A DNA stretch of 64,000 bases from an uncultured Chloroflexia bacterium (GTDB lineage: Bacteria > Chloroflexota > Limnocylindria > QHBO01). The notes beneath the pieces were generated by a model. That model saw nothing but the letters and a program-made list of their open reading frames with translations, did no database searches and was not told the DNA's origin. Below are positions 8,570-21,360 of the stretch, piece by piece. Made by a program: the position numbers and the translations under genes. Positions within the stretch are counted from its first letter, which is position 1. Each line of letters begins with the position of its first letter. The DNA is taken from positions 42,864 through 106,863 of the forward strand of contig CAWFCQ010000002.1 in NCBI GenBank assembly GCA_963814375.1, in the 5' to 3' direction.

Positions 8570-10417
8570 TCATCCGGCGGGAGTCAGCTCGACCAGCGAG
8601 ATGGACGGCATCGGCAGATCGAAGGAGAGGCCGAGGCTGCCGTCATCGGGTCGGACCTCGCGCTCCGGCTCGAGGTGCTCGAGCTCATCGGCCTCGCGAA
8701 GGGCGGCCCATCCGGCCTCGTCGGGCCAGTCGCTGTCGCCACCGATCGAGCCCCATCGAGCCACGAGATTCGAGTGATCGGCGTCGAGGCGGCGGTGCCG
8801 GAGCCGATAGGCCCGCGCATCCAGGCCGGCGAAGCTCAGCCGCGCCGAGCGGTCCAGCAGTAGGGAGCCGTCGGCCTTCGTCACGTCCACGGTCCCGTTC
8901 CACGCCACGACCGCGATCCGCCCATCGGCCGCGCGCGAGGCGATGGCCTGGACCATGTCGCCCGCGCCGTCACCGGTGACGTGGGTTGCCAGGCGCTGGT
9001 CGAGGAGCTGCTCGAGCATCCACAGGCCCCACCATCGCGGCTTGCGGAGGTTGCCGACCGCCAGCAGGCCGAAGCCGCCGTGGAGAAGGCTCGGCGGCCT
9101 GCCGAGCTCCTCGAAGTGATCCGAGACGGTCCAGTACGCGAGCGCCTCGATGCGGCCCATCGCCGACACCATGCCGCGCACGAGGTACGCCGCGCTCCAC
9201 GGCGAGTCGTGGACTCGATTGAAGTGGCTCGCGTGGGCGCCCCACTCGGTCCACCACTGCGGCAGGCCGTCGAAGCCATAGCGAGTAGCGACCGGCCGCA
9301 GGTCGAGTGGCGCGTTGCCGTAGGTATGCGTCGAGACGAAGTCGATCGGCACGCCGGTCGATCGACAGTGGGCGAGCATCTCGTCGACCCACTTGCCCGC
9401 GGCCGATGCAGGGCCGCCGACCGGGAAGGTGGCGTCGACCGACTTCACGGCCCTCGCGCTGAGGTCGTACAGGCGAAGGTACTCGTCGCGCGTGCCGGAC
9501 CAGAAGACATCCAGGTTCGCCTCGTTCCAGACCTCGAAGCCCCATCGCCGGACCTCGTCGCGTCCGTATCGGTCCACGAGGTGAGCAACGAGCTCGCGAA
9601 CGAGGTCCTCCCATCGCTGCCAGTCGCGGGGCGGGCTGACGATGGCGCGGTAGTCGAAGACGGTCTTGCTCGGGTCGCTGGCCAGGTCGTGCGGCATGAA
9701 GCTGAGCTCGACGATCGGTCGCAGGTCGAGGGCGAGGAGATGGTCGTAGACGCGGTCGATGCCGGCGAAGTCGTGGACCGGCGCCCCGTCGACCTCCCGA
9801 TAGGTGCCGAGGTCGTCGCCGAGGATGGCGTGGGCGCGGACAGCCTCGACGCCCAGTTCGGTTCGCGCCAGGCGCAGGGCCTCGCTGAACTCGGTGCCGA
9901 TATGGCGCCCGCCGGGGCCGACGCCCGCTTCGACCTGGCTGAGGTGCTCCGATCCGATCATCGGCCGCCACGGCCGGTGGATGGGCCCGGCCGACGCGGC
10001 GGCGTCGACGCCGATCTCGACCGCGCCGGGCCCGGTCGCGGTCGGGTTGGCCTCGACCGCCTCGGAACGAGCCTGGCCCACGTCCTTGACGGCTGCCGCC
10101 GCCGCGACCCGGTACCACGCCGCCTCGCCGGCCACGCCGGCCGTGTCGGCGTACGGCGGATGGGGCACCGGCCGCACCTCCGGCTCGCCGATCTGGAGCA
10201 GCTCCCACGGCCCGTCGGCGGACGGTGCGCGCTCGATGACGTACCCCGCCGCGCCGTCGACGGCATCCCAGGCCAGCGTGACCTGCCCCCGACCCGCGGT
10301 CGCTCGCAGGCCGCCGGGTGCGGGCAGCGTCGGCAGCTCGACGCTGCCCTCCGCGTCGCTGCGCCGGCCGATGCGCGACTCCCAGTCGGCCCGGGCCGTC
10401 GGCGGCGGCTCGGTCAC
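8570..10417 (-). CDS. Glycoside hydrolase family 39 with N-terminal FN3-like domain
   Basis: FN3-like PGGLRATAGRGQVTLAWDAVDGAAGYVIER; GH39 motifs PIVELSFMP, EVWNEAN (acid/base), TEWG (nucleophile), GGFGLL. Confidence 0.85.
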   Translation of the reverse strand: MTEPPPTARADWESRIGRRSDAEGSVELPTLPAPGGLRATAGRGQVTLAWDAVDGAAGYVIERAPSADGPWELLQIGEPEVRPVPHPPYADTAGVAGEAAWYRVAAAAAVKDVGQARSEAVEANPTATGPGAVEIGVDAAASAGPIHRPWRPMIGSEHLSQVEAGVGPGGRHIGTEFSEALRLARTELGVEAVRAHAILGDDLGTYREVDGAPVHDFAGIDRVYDHLLALDLRPIVELSFMPHDLASDPSKTVFDYRAIVSPPRDWQRWEDLVRELVAHLVDRYGRDEVRRWGFEVWNEANLDVFWSGTRDEYLRLYDLSARAVKSVDATFPVGGPASAAGKWVDEMLAHCRSTGVPIDFVSTHTYGNAPLDLRPVATRYGFDGLPQWWTEWGAHASHFNRVHDSPWSAAYLVRGMVSAMGRIEALAYWTVSDHFEELGRPPSLLHGGFGLLAVGNLRKPRWWGLWMLEQLLDQRLATHVTGDGAGDMVQAIASRAADGRIAVVAWNGTVDVTKADGSLLLDRSARLSFAGLDARAYRLRHRRLDADHSNLVARWGSIGGDSDWPDEAGWAALREADELEHLEPEREVRPDDGSLGLSFDLPMPSISLVELTPAG

Positions 10418-10433
10418 CGCCCGCGGTCCGGCG

Positions 10434-11982
10434 TCACGGAGCGATACGTCCCGCGCCGAACTCCTCGATCGCCATCAACGGCTCGAGCGCACGCTGGACC
10501 TCGCCATGGCTGAACAGCCGCTGAAGCCGATCGTGCCGCAGCTCGTTGGCGATGGCGGCGATCACCATCCCCTGGTCGAGACTGAGGTAGCGATCCGCCA
10601 CCTGGCCGGTCGCAACGTTGACCGCGTCCTTGAAGCCGCCCGGACCGTACAGCCCGTCGAAATCGGCCTCGAGGCTGGCCAGGTTCTCCAGGGCCGCATC
10701 CCGGTCGAAGTCGAGGGCCAGGAAGGCCGCGTGCGGCGTCACCACGCCCTGCCCGTAGTTCGGCGATCGTCGATGGCGCGCGCGGGCAGGCCGGGTCGTC
10801 CCAACCCGCATCGGTCAGGGTCAGGCGCCCGACGTCGGCGGTATAGCCGTTCGGCTCCATGCCGATGGCGTCGACGCCGTACTCGCGGTACCCGCCGGCG
10901 GGATCGCTCGACGGGCTGAAGCCCCAGTAGCCGTAGCCGGCCTCGTCGAGCCCGAACTCGATCTGCGACTCGACGAAGAGGGGATGCGTGACGCCCCAGC
11001 TGCGGGGGCCCCACTCCTCCTCGGGCACGACGAGCGGCACCATCAGCGCCTCGAACATGCTGCCGCCCCAGGTCGGGACGACGAGCTGGTCGTCGTAGGG
11101 ATAGGCGCCCTCGAAGACCTCGACGCCGAGGTACTCGCGCCATTCGCCGATCGGCTTCGTCTCGGGCCAGCTCCAGTCGCAGGTATCGGGGAAGGTGCGC
11201 CAGCCGCCGAAGTAGTGCTCGGCCGGGATGTCTCCCATGGCGATCCCGATGTAGCTCGCGATGCGCGGCTCGGTGTTGAAGGCGCCGTAGTGGTGCCCGG
11301 TGTACTGGACGTTCTCCCCCATGCCGCAGTAGTCGCCGGCGACCGAGGCCGGTTGCGGGACGAGCCAGAAGCCGCCCCGGATGAGGCCGACGTCCGCCTT
11401 TGCATTGGGGTCGTAGTAGCAGCCGAAGTTCATCGACTCGAGCAGTCCGCGCGCCTGCGATCGCAGCTGCGGCACGCCGCCGTTGGCGACCATCAGCAGC
11501 GCCGATGCGAGCCAGCCGTTGTCGACGCTCGACGCGAAGGGCGTGACCGGGTTGTTGGGCGGCTCGGGCCAGGTCGTGATGATCTCGAGCGTCGCCGGGT
11601 CATACCAGTTCCAGAACTGACCGGACGGCTCGTGCCGCTCCAGGCTCGCGATGCTCGTCAGCGTCTGGGAGATCCGCGCGCGGGCCTCGGTCGGGAGGAT
11701 CAAACCCAGGTCTCGCGCGGCGAGCGTGGCCCAGATGTACATGCCGATGTTCGTGGGCGACGTATAGCCCGCCCTGGTGGCCGGGTCGAGGCTCCCGCCG
11801 ATGTGATCCGACGGCAGCCCGGTGGTCTCATCGGTCATCGCCACGAAGGAGGCCCAGGTGTCCTGGGCATAGCGCTCGAGGTCGTCGCGGCCGGCGTGGT
11901 CGGCGGCCGTCACCGGACCCACGAGGGAGACGGATACCAGCGCCGCAAAAATGGCGGGAAGAAGGCGTCGATGTCGGGTCAT
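10434..11982 (-). pseudogene. Secreted DUF3131/glucoamylase-family (alpha/alpha)6 hydrolase, putative beta-1,2-glucanase-like; split by apparent +1 frameshift at ~10764 (possible sequencing error)
   Basis: Signal peptide MTRHRRLLPAIF...; TSPTNIG, FWNWYD, SVDNGWLA, WGGSMFEALM; C-terminus PNYGQGVVTPHAAFLAL...YLSLDQGM continues in the adjacent frame (ORF 10434..10811); span 1549 nt = 3n+1. Confidence 0.8.
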
Positions 11983-12046
11983 GAGGTGTGCCCCCTGAGT
12001 GCGGCGCTCGGGTGCCGCATGCGTGGGATCGGAGATCGCCATCGGC

Positions 12047-12937
12047 TCACTTAATGCCGGTCATGGCGATGCCCTGGGTGAAGTGCCGCTGGAGCAGGAT
12101 GAAGACGACAAGGATCGGCACGATCACTACGACGGATCCGGCCATGAGCAGCGCCACGTTCGTCTCCTGCTGACCCGTGGCGAGGAACGCGACGGCCACC
12201 GGCAGGGTGAACATGTCCTCGCCCGTTGCGACCACCAAGGGCCACAGGAAGCTGTTCCAGCTGGCGAGGAAAGTCAGGATGGTGAGCGTCGCCAGCGCGG
12301 GTCCGCACAGCGGCATGATGATGCGCCAGAAGATGTAGTGCTCCCCCGCCCCGTCGACGCGTGCCGCATCGAGCAGCTCATCGGGAAGGCCCATGATGAA
12401 CTGGCGCATCAGGAATACGCCGAAGGCCCCCACCATGAAGGGAAGGATCATGCCGGCGTGGGTGTTCACCAGGCCGAAATTGGCCACGAGGACGAACAGC
12501 GGCATGAACGTAACGACCGCGGGGACCATCAGCGTGGCCAGCACGACCACGAACAGGATCCGCTTGCCGGGGAAGTTCAGCTTGGCCAGCGCGTAGCCGA
12601 GCATCGAGCAGAACACGACGTTGCCAGCGGTGACGAAGAAGGCCACCACTGACGAGTTGAGGAAGAAGCGCACGAAGTTCTGCCTGCCGAACAGATCCTG
12701 ATAGTTCTGAAGGGTCCACTGCTCGGGGAGCCACGTCGGCGGGACCTGCCGTAGCTCACCGGTCGTCTTGAAGGACCCCAGGATCATCCAGATGAACGGC
12801 CCGACCAGCAGCAGGAGGCCGATGCCCAGCAGAATGTAGATCCACCATGCTCCGCCACCGCCGGACTGTCGCGTTCGTCCGGCTCGCTCCACCGGGATCG
12901 CCGCTGGAGCCTCACGTCCGGGTGCAAGGGTGCTCAT
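12047..12937 (-). CDS. Carbohydrate ABC transporter permease (MalG-like)
   Basis: EAA loop ELLDAARVDGAGE, WNSFLWPL, six TM helices. Confidence 0.92.
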   Translation of the reverse strand: MSTLAPGREAPAAIPVERAGRTRQSGGGGAWWIYILLGIGLLLLVGPFIWMILGSFKTTGELRQVPPTWLPEQWTLQNYQDLFGRQNFVRFFLNSSVVAFFVTAGNVVFCSMLGYALAKLNFPGKRILFVVVLATLMVPAVVTFMPLFVLVANFGLVNTHAGMILPFMVGAFGVFLMRQFIMGLPDELLDAARVDGAGEHYIFWRIIMPLCGPALATLTILTFLASWNSFLWPLVVATGEDMFTLPVAVAFLATGQQETNVALLMAGSVVVIVPILVVFILLQRHFTQGIAMTGIK

Positions 12938-12947
12938 GGCTGCCTCC

Positions 12948-13880
12948 TCACGTCTCGTCCCGCAGGAGCCGGAACTGCACGAACGTCACCGTGGCGATGG
13001 CGATGAACAGCACGAAGGACGCCGCCGCCGTATAGCCGTAGTTGCCGAAGCCGAACTGGTTGTAGCTGTAGAGCGCCATCGACAGCGTCGCGTTGAGCGG
13101 GCCGCCCTCGGTCATGACGTACGGCTCCTCGAAGAACTGCACGTACCCGATACCGGTGATGACGAATGCGAAAAGCAGCGTGGGTCGCAGCAGGGGAAGC
13201 GTGATGCCCAGGAAGCGCTGCCACGCGCTGGCCCCGTCGACTTCGGCCGCCTCGTACAGGTCCTTCGGGATCGTCTGCAGGCCGGCCAGGAAGATGACCA
13301 TCAGGAACCCGAGGTTCCGCCATGCCGCCACGCCGATGATCGACCAAAGGGCATAGCGCTCGTCATTGAGCCACCCCGGGCCGTCGATGCCGAAGCTCTC
13401 AAGGACACCGTTGACGAAGCCGACTTCCGTCCCGAGAAGGAGTCGCCACACCACCGCGATCGCCACGATGCTGGTGACCACCGGCAGGTAGAAGCCCACC
13501 CGGAACAGGGTGCGGAACTTCACGACGGCCTGGTTCAGCAGGACGGCCGCCCCCAGCCCCAGGGTGACCGTCAGCGGCACGCCGACCAGCACGAACACCG
13601 CCGTGTTCGCCGCGGCCTTTTGGAACCGCGCGTCGGTCAGGACCGCCACGTAGTTCTCGATGCCGATGAAGTTGATATCGAGCGGGTTGCGGATGTCCGT
13701 CACCCGCATGTCGGTGAAGCTCGTGACCAGGGCGACCAGGATCGGACCGGCCATGAACACCATGAACAGCAGGAGATAGGGGAGCGCGAAGCTCCATGCC
13801 ACAAGGTGCTCGCGCAAGTGGGATCGGGGAGCCGTGGGCGCGGGGTGGCCCGCGCCCACGGTCTGGCTCTGCGCCGTCAT
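12948..13880 (-). CDS. Carbohydrate ABC transporter permease (MalF-like)
   Basis: FIGIENY, DLYEAAEVDGAS.WQRF..ITLPLL. Confidence 0.92.
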   Translation of the reverse strand: MTAQSQTVGAGHPAPTAPRSHLREHLVAWSFALPYLLLFMVFMAGPILVALVTSFTDMRVTDIRNPLDINFIGIENYVAVLTDARFQKAAANTAVFVLVGVPLTVTLGLGAAVLLNQAVVKFRTLFRVGFYLPVVTSIVAIAVVWRLLLGTEVGFVNGVLESFGIDGPGWLNDERYALWSIIGVAAWRNLGFLMVIFLAGLQTIPKDLYEAAEVDGASAWQRFLGITLPLLRPTLLFAFVITGIGYVQFFEEPYVMTEGGPLNATLSMALYSYNQFGFGNYGYTAAASFVLFIAIATVTFVQFRLLRDET

Positions 13881-13884
13881 CGGA

Positions 13885-15159
13885 CTACTGCCCGGTGCCG
13901 ATGCTCGTAGCGGCATCCTGCATGGCCGGGCAGCCCTCCTCCGGCGTCATGTCGCCGACGGTGACCTGCTCGATGATGCCGTCGATCTCGGCCGCGATCT
14001 GCTCCCACGTCGCGATCGACGGAGGCGCCTTCGCATCGGACAGCTGCTCGCCGAAGGCGGCCAGCTTCTCATCGGCGGAGAGTGCTTCGTCGTCCCACGC
14101 AGACTGGACGGCAGGAAGCGCGCTGACCTCCTCGTACCACGCGACCTGGACCTCAGGTCGAGACAGGTACTCGAGGAATGCCCAGCCGGCCACCTTGTTG
14201 TCCGCGTCCGCCAGGACGGCCATGTTGCTGCCGCCGACGAACGATGTGCCGGCCTCCTCACTCGGCTGATGGGCGACCGTGTACGTTGCCGGATCGGTCC
14301 CGGCGTCCTCAACGATGCTCATCATCCACGGGCCGCTGATGAACGACGCGATCTCGCCATTGGCGAAACGGCCCTCGACTGGCACGTCCTCGGCCGCCGG
14401 CGGCGTCAGGCCGTCGGTGAAGTACGAGTCGTAGTACGTCAGCGCTTCCACGCACGGCTCGCCGTCGAGCGTGAAGGAGCCGTCCTCGCCCATGATCTCC
14501 CCGCCGGCCTGCCAGAAGAAGGGCATCCATGTCTGCCACGAACCCGTCCCACCGGGCTGGAGGCTGATCCCGTACTCGGCGCCTGCTTCCTGCATGGCCG
14601 CGGTCATGGCCTTCAGGTCGTCCCACGTGGCTGGCGCGGCGGCCTCACCGGCCAGGTCGGTTCGGTAGTAGATCAGCCGGGTCTCCACGTACCACGGGAC
14701 CGCGTAGCTCGTGCCGTCGACGACGGTGGTGTTCCAGGCGCCCTCGAAGAACTGCGAGCCGTCGATGTTGCCGGGAGTCGGATCGAGGCCGCCGAGCGTG
14801 GCGAACTCGCCCATCCACGTCGTGCCGACCATCGTGACGTCGGGGACCTCACCGCCGGCGATCGCGCTCACGATCCGATCATGCGCGGCATCCCAGGGGA
14901 CCGGCGTGACGTTGACTGTCACGTCCGGGAACTCGTCCATGAAGCTCTCGACGAAGGCGCCAAGTGCCTCGCCCTCGGCTCCCATGGCCCATACGTCGAT
15001 GTCACCGGAGGCGGCCGAGGTGTCGATCTCTGGTGCCTGCGAGGCGACTTCGCTGCTCGCTGCGCTGCTCTCCCCCTCCTCGCTTCGGCCGCACGCAACT
15101 GCCACCAGGCTCAGCACCACGGCGGCGATGGACCATCTCATTGATCGTCGAGCGGTCAC
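13885..15159 (-). CDS. Sugar ABC transporter extracellular solute-binding lipoprotein
   Basis: Lipobox LVAVACG, family-1 SBP motifs (PDVTMVG, YAVPWYVETRLIYYRTDL, GGSNMAV); GGAGG RBS 7 nt before GTG 15159. Confidence 0.9.
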   Translation of the reverse strand: MTARRSMRWSIAAVVLSLVAVACGRSEEGESSAASSEVASQAPEIDTSAASGDIDVWAMGAEGEALGAFVESFMDEFPDVTVNVTPVPWDAAHDRIVSAIAGGEVPDVTMVGTTWMGEFATLGGLDPTPGNIDGSQFFEGAWNTTVVDGTSYAVPWYVETRLIYYRTDLAGEAAAPATWDDLKAMTAAMQEAGAEYGISLQPGGTGSWQTWMPFFWQAGGEIMGEDGSFTLDGEPCVEALTYYDSYFTDGLTPPAAEDVPVEGRFANGEIASFISGPWMMSIVEDAGTDPATYTVAHQPSEEAGTSFVGGSNMAVLADADNKVAGWAFLEYLSRPEVQVAWYEEVSALPAVQSAWDDEALSADEKLAAFGEQLSDAKAPPSIATWEQIAAEIDGIIEQVTVGDMTPEEGCPAMQDAATSIGTGQ

Positions 15160-15309
15160 TTGGAATCCTCCCATTAACTCGTCTGCTATTCCGCAGATGA
15201 GCCCGTGACCAGCTCGGATGGTGGAGCTCGCGCGGCGCGCTCGGTTGAGCCGCTGGCATGCATGGACCGTGCCGGGGAATGGACCCGGGACGCCGATGTG
15301 CTCCGCCGC

Positions 15310-16530
15310 TCAGAAGACCCGAGGGCACCAGGGAGCGATATCGGTCCGGAACAGCGAGTCGGCGCGGGCAACGCCATCGGGCTGGAGCTCACGCACGCGA
15401 CCGGCTGCCGCGAGCTGCGCGAAGGTGAACGCTCCGAGGTAGGCGGCGCCGAGGTCGGTGACGTCGCAGGCGATGTCCGGCGCATCGGTGGTCGGCGCGA
15501 CCAGCGGCACGCCCGCCTCGACCGTCAGCGCCCAGCGTCCGTCGTTCCACGGGCAGAATTCGTCGCTCACCTCGAACGCGACGGCGCCATCGCGGCGGTA
15601 GCGGCGCCCGGCGAGGGCCGGCGCGACGTCCACGATGCGCAGCCAGAGCGCGTCCCGGATGGTGAACTCGAGGCGGCGAGGCTCGGCCACGGCGAGGAAG
15701 ATCGGATCGTCGGCGGCGACGTTCCACGCGTCGATGTTCGCCATGAGATCGATGTCGATCAGGTAGCGCCACAGGTCCAGGTGGGCCGACGGGTTGGTGG
15801 CCATCATCTCGGCCACGACGACCGACGACTTCGGCCCCGAGGACTCCCACTTGTCGCGGATCCGGTACCGCGCGTAGCCGTCCGGCTCGCCGGCCACCTC
15901 GTGCACGACATGGAATGCCGCGGAGGCTCCGTGGCGCCAGTGCTCCGGATCGGGGAAGACGTCGGCTTCCCAGTACGCGGGGCTCCGCGCGAAGAAGCCC
16001 GGCCGCGATAGCCGGATGGCGTCGTGGATCGGCGGAAAGATCCGCGCAGCCTCGTCCACTTCGACGAAGCGCACGGTGCCGGCCGGGACGTGCGGCAGGC
16101 GGTATGCGCCCCGGTCGCGCGGCAGATTCAGCGAGGCGTGGGTCGAGCCCAGCCCGTAGCCGAAGCGCTGATAGATGTTGCTCTCCGACGCCCACAGGAT
16201 GGCGAGCGGCTCGCCGCGCTCGTGCACGTCGTCGAGCTGGAGCCGCATCATGCGACGCAGGATCCCGCGCCGCCGGTGCGTCGGGTGGACACCGACGATC
16301 GTCACGCCGGCAGCGGGGAGAACGCCACCCGGAATCGTCAGCTCGAAGCTGAAGGCGCCCGCGGTGCCGACGACGCGATCGCCGTCGTAGGCGCCGATGG
16401 CCCGCTCGGTCTCGAAGATGCGCTCCCAGTTGGCGAGGTCCTCGGCGCGCGGCCGCTCCCCGAAGGCGAGCTCGCCGGCCTCGAAGAACGCCTTCGGCGT
16501 GCCCTCGTACGGCCGGACGTCAACTTCCAT
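15310..16530 (-). CDS. eis: Eis-family GNAT N-acetyltransferase with SCP2-like C-terminal domain
   Basis: VGVHPTHRRRGIL, LWASESNIYQRFGYG, LWLRIVDV..AL..R, C-terminal PWCPRVF. Confidence 0.9.
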   Translation of the reverse strand: MEVDVRPYEGTPKAFFEAGELAFGERPRAEDLANWERIFETERAIGAYDGDRVVGTAGAFSFELTIPGGVLPAAGVTIVGVHPTHRRRGILRRMMRLQLDDVHERGEPLAILWASESNIYQRFGYGLGSTHASLNLPRDRGAYRLPHVPAGTVRFVEVDEAARIFPPIHDAIRLSRPGFFARSPAYWEADVFPDPEHWRHGASAAFHVVHEVAGEPDGYARYRIRDKWESSGPKSSVVVAEMMATNPSAHLDLWRYLIDIDLMANIDAWNVAADDPIFLAVAEPRRLEFTIRDALWLRIVDVAPALAGRRYRRDGAVAFEVSDEFCPWNDGRWALTVEAGVPLVAPTTDAPDIACDVTDLGAAYLGAFTFAQLAAAGRVRELQPDGVARADSLFRTDIAPWCPRVF

Positions 16531-16571
16531 GCCCGGCGATTATGCCGTGGGCGCTGCCCTATGATCGGCCG

Positions 16572-17422
16572 ATGTCTCCCCCGGCCGACGCGTACGAGGC
16601 CGCCGGCCTGTTCGGGCCTGGGAGCGTGTCGTGGCGGATCGATCGCGAGATCGTCGTCCTCGCCGGTGGGTCGTGCGCGCTGCTCCTGCAGGCCGCCCAT
16701 CCGGTCGTGGCGGCCGGGGTCGCCGAGCACTCCACCTACGCCACCGATCCATTCGGGCGCCTGTGGCGAACGCTCGAGAGCAGCTTCGACGTCGTCTTCG
16801 GCACGCGCACCCGGGCCGAGGCGGCCATTCGGCGCGTGAACGCGATCCACGCGCGGGTCCGTGGCCGCCGTCCCGACGACGGAGCCGAGTATTCCGCCCG
16901 TGATCCGGAGGCGCTGCTGTGGGTGCACGCCACCCTCATCGACACGGCGCTGCGCGTCTACGACCGCTTCGTCGCGCCGCTGTCAGCCGCGGATGAGCAG
17001 GGCTATCACGCGGAGGCCGCGCAGGTGGCGCATCTCCTGGGCGTTCCCGACGAGGTCCTGCCCCCGACCATCACCGAGCTTCGGGCGTGGATGGCGTGGA
17101 TGATCGCGTCGCGCCGGGTTCGCGTCACGCCCGCAGCGCGCCAGATCGCCCGCACCGTGCTGTACCCCGTGCCGCTCGTGCCCCGCATTGCCTGGGATGG
17201 CGCTCACCTCATCTCGTTGGCGACGCTGCCCGACGCGATCAGGCGCCAGTACAACCTCGCCTGGTCGCCGGCCCGCGAGCGCGGCGTCGATCGGCTGGCT
17301 ACCGCCACGCAGCGTCTGCTGCCGCTTCTACCCGCGCCGGTGCGACACGTTCCGCAGGCCCGCGCCGCGGATCGCCGGGTGAGACTCGCCCGTGGCCGGC
17401 GGGCGACCGGTACGATGCGCGC

Positions 17423-17426
<4 letters not shown>
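16572..17426 (+). CDS. Oxygenase MpaB family (DUF2236) protein
   Basis: GLFGPGSVSWRI, LLLQAAHPVVAAGVAEHS, VNAIHARVRG, YSARDPEALLWVHATL. Confidence 0.85.
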
Positions 17427-19230
<1,804 letters not shown>

Positions 19231-19234
<4 letters not shown>

Positions 19235-20172
19235 CCGCGGGCCGCACGCTCCGCCGCCAATCTCGCGTCAAGCCGAGCCGTCTTCCGGTCCTCGTGCCGC
19301 ATCCACAGCACGACGACAAGCATCATCGCGGCGAGGAACGCGAGGTCACCGACGACCCACATGATCACCCCGCCGAGCTGCTGGTCCTCCAGGGGCGACA
19401 GGCCCCAGGTGCGCTCGTTCGTCAGGTAGTGCGGATAGAGGACGCCCGATGCCTGGAGCAGCGCGACGCCCAGGAACGAGTTCTGCGGCATCGCCAGGAA
19501 GAGGTAGAGGATGCGCACCGGGTGGGGCAGGCGCCACGGCGATGGATCGGCGCCGATGGCCGGCCACCAGAAGAGGAGCGCGGCCCCGAGCATCGTGACG
19601 TGCTGGAGGTGGTGCAGCAGCGGATTCTCCAGCGCGTCGTTGTAGAGCGCGCTGAAATGCCATCCCCAGTTCGTCGCGGCGAAGAGGAGCCAGGCGATCA
19701 CCGGGAACGAGAGCACGTGGACGATCCGACTCTGGAGCACCGTCAGCAGCGCGCGCCGCACCCGCGGGCTCGATGCGCGGAGCGCGAGCGTGATCGGCGC
19801 GCCGGCCAGCAGAAGTGGAGCGGCCACCAGCTGCAGGAGCATGTGCTGGACCATGTGCACGCTGAAGAGCGATCCCTCGTAGGCCTCGATCGGCGAGAGA
19901 AGCGCGAGCGCGATCGCCGCAAGGCCGGCCCCGAACAGCCATGGCCGATGCGCCGGCACCCGGTTCGACGGATGCCCCCGGTTCACGGTCCGAACCGCCA
20001 GCGCGTAGACGACGCCGGTGGCGACGATCGCCATGAGCGGGAGGATGTCGAAACGCCATTCGAGCAGCACGCCCGGGAATGACGGCGCCGTCGACGTCTC
20101 TCCGTGCGCGGCGACCGGACCGGCCAGTGCGACGAGCGCCAAGACGGCGAGGAGGGGAGGCAGCGGGCGCAT
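19231..20172 (-). CDS. ctaG: Cytochrome c oxidase assembly protein CtaG (caa3-type CtaG family)
   Basis: LFSVHMVQHMLL...APLLL, WH...Y..AL....H..QH, EDQQLGGVIMWV. Confidence 0.88.
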
Positions 20173-20225
20173 CGGCGCACATTCTCGTCTCATTTCGGCG
20201 GAACCGTGCACGCGCGTGCGGCGTC

Positions 20226-21198
20226 ATGGCGCGCATGAGACGAACCGTGCCGGGCTTCTTTGTCGTGCTCCTCGCCATGGCGGCCTGCGCCTCACCCGGC
20301 GCGACGCCGGGCAGTACCGCACCAGAGGCCAGTCCGGGTGCGTCGGGGGAGTCGCCCGCGCCGACTGGCGAAAACGATGGCGCGATCGAGCACCCCACCG
20401 GAGCGGACGAAGCGGTGTTGGTGATGGAGGAGACCGGCGGGATGATCGCCGGCGGAGATGCCACGCAGGTGCCGACGTTCGTCATGCTCGGCGACGGGCG
20501 AGTGATCATGCAGGGCGCCCAGACCCTCGAGTTCCCCGGTCCGGCGCTGCCGCCGCTCATCGAGCGGACCCTCACCGAAGACGGCATCCAGGAAGTGCTC
20601 GAGGCGGTCGAGGAGACGAACCTGTTCACCACCGATACGGCCCTGACCGCCGCGCAGAACATCATCACCGACGTCACCGACACGGTGTTCACGCTCAACG
20701 CCAACGGCACCGAGGTGACCGTGAGCGCCTATGGGCTCTGCTGCCTCGACGCCACGATGCTGGACAACGACATGATCGACCCGGCCGAGCGCGAGGCGTA
20801 CGAGGTGCTCGCCCAGCTGCGCGACGCCCTGATGACGATCGACACCTCGGTCTCGGCCGACGCGTGGGAGGCGGAGGGCTGGCAGCCGTACGAGCCTGAG
20901 GCATTCCGGCTGTACGTGCGCGACGTGACCGGGGAGCCAACCCAGGGCGACGTGCCCGAGCAGGTCCGCGAGTGGCCGACCGACGAGGACCCTGCCGGCT
21001 TCGGCGAGGATGCGGGCTTCGGCGATGGCACGACCTGCGGCGTCGTCGAGGGCGAAGCTGGGCCAGGCGTGGCTCGCGGACCTCAACGCGGCGAACCAGG
21101 TGACGGTCTGGACCAGTGACGGCGACGACCGCTGGTCCGTCCGCGCCCGCCCACTCCTTCCGCACGAAGAGGCGACCTGCCCGGATCCCGCCGGCTGA
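20226..21198 (+). pseudogene. Hypothetical lipoprotein split by apparent +1 frameshift (GGG run at 21060-21062; possible sequencing error)
   Basis: Lipobox LAMAAC; C-terminus GQAWLADLNAANQVTVWTSDGDDRWSVRARPLLPHEEATCPDPAG continues in the next frame; span 973 nt = 3n+1. Confidence 0.7.
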
Positions 21199-21360
21199 GC
21201 ATCCTGTCTCCGGCGCGCTGATGGCGCCCGACGCGGTCGCGCCGCGCGGGCGCCCTTCGCTACAATGCGGGGCGTGTCGCCGTCAGCCCACGAGCGTGTG
21301 CGTGCCTGACGCCCGTGTCGCCCACCTCCGGTGTTCCGTAGGAGCCTCGAGAACGAGCTG

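Noticed and set aside
17087-17422. 112-aa N-terminal extension of CtaAB in the ORF track
   Set aside because: It overlaps the MpaB gene in another frame and is Arg/Ala/Pro-rich noise. The real start is GTG 17423 with a -10 at 6 nt.
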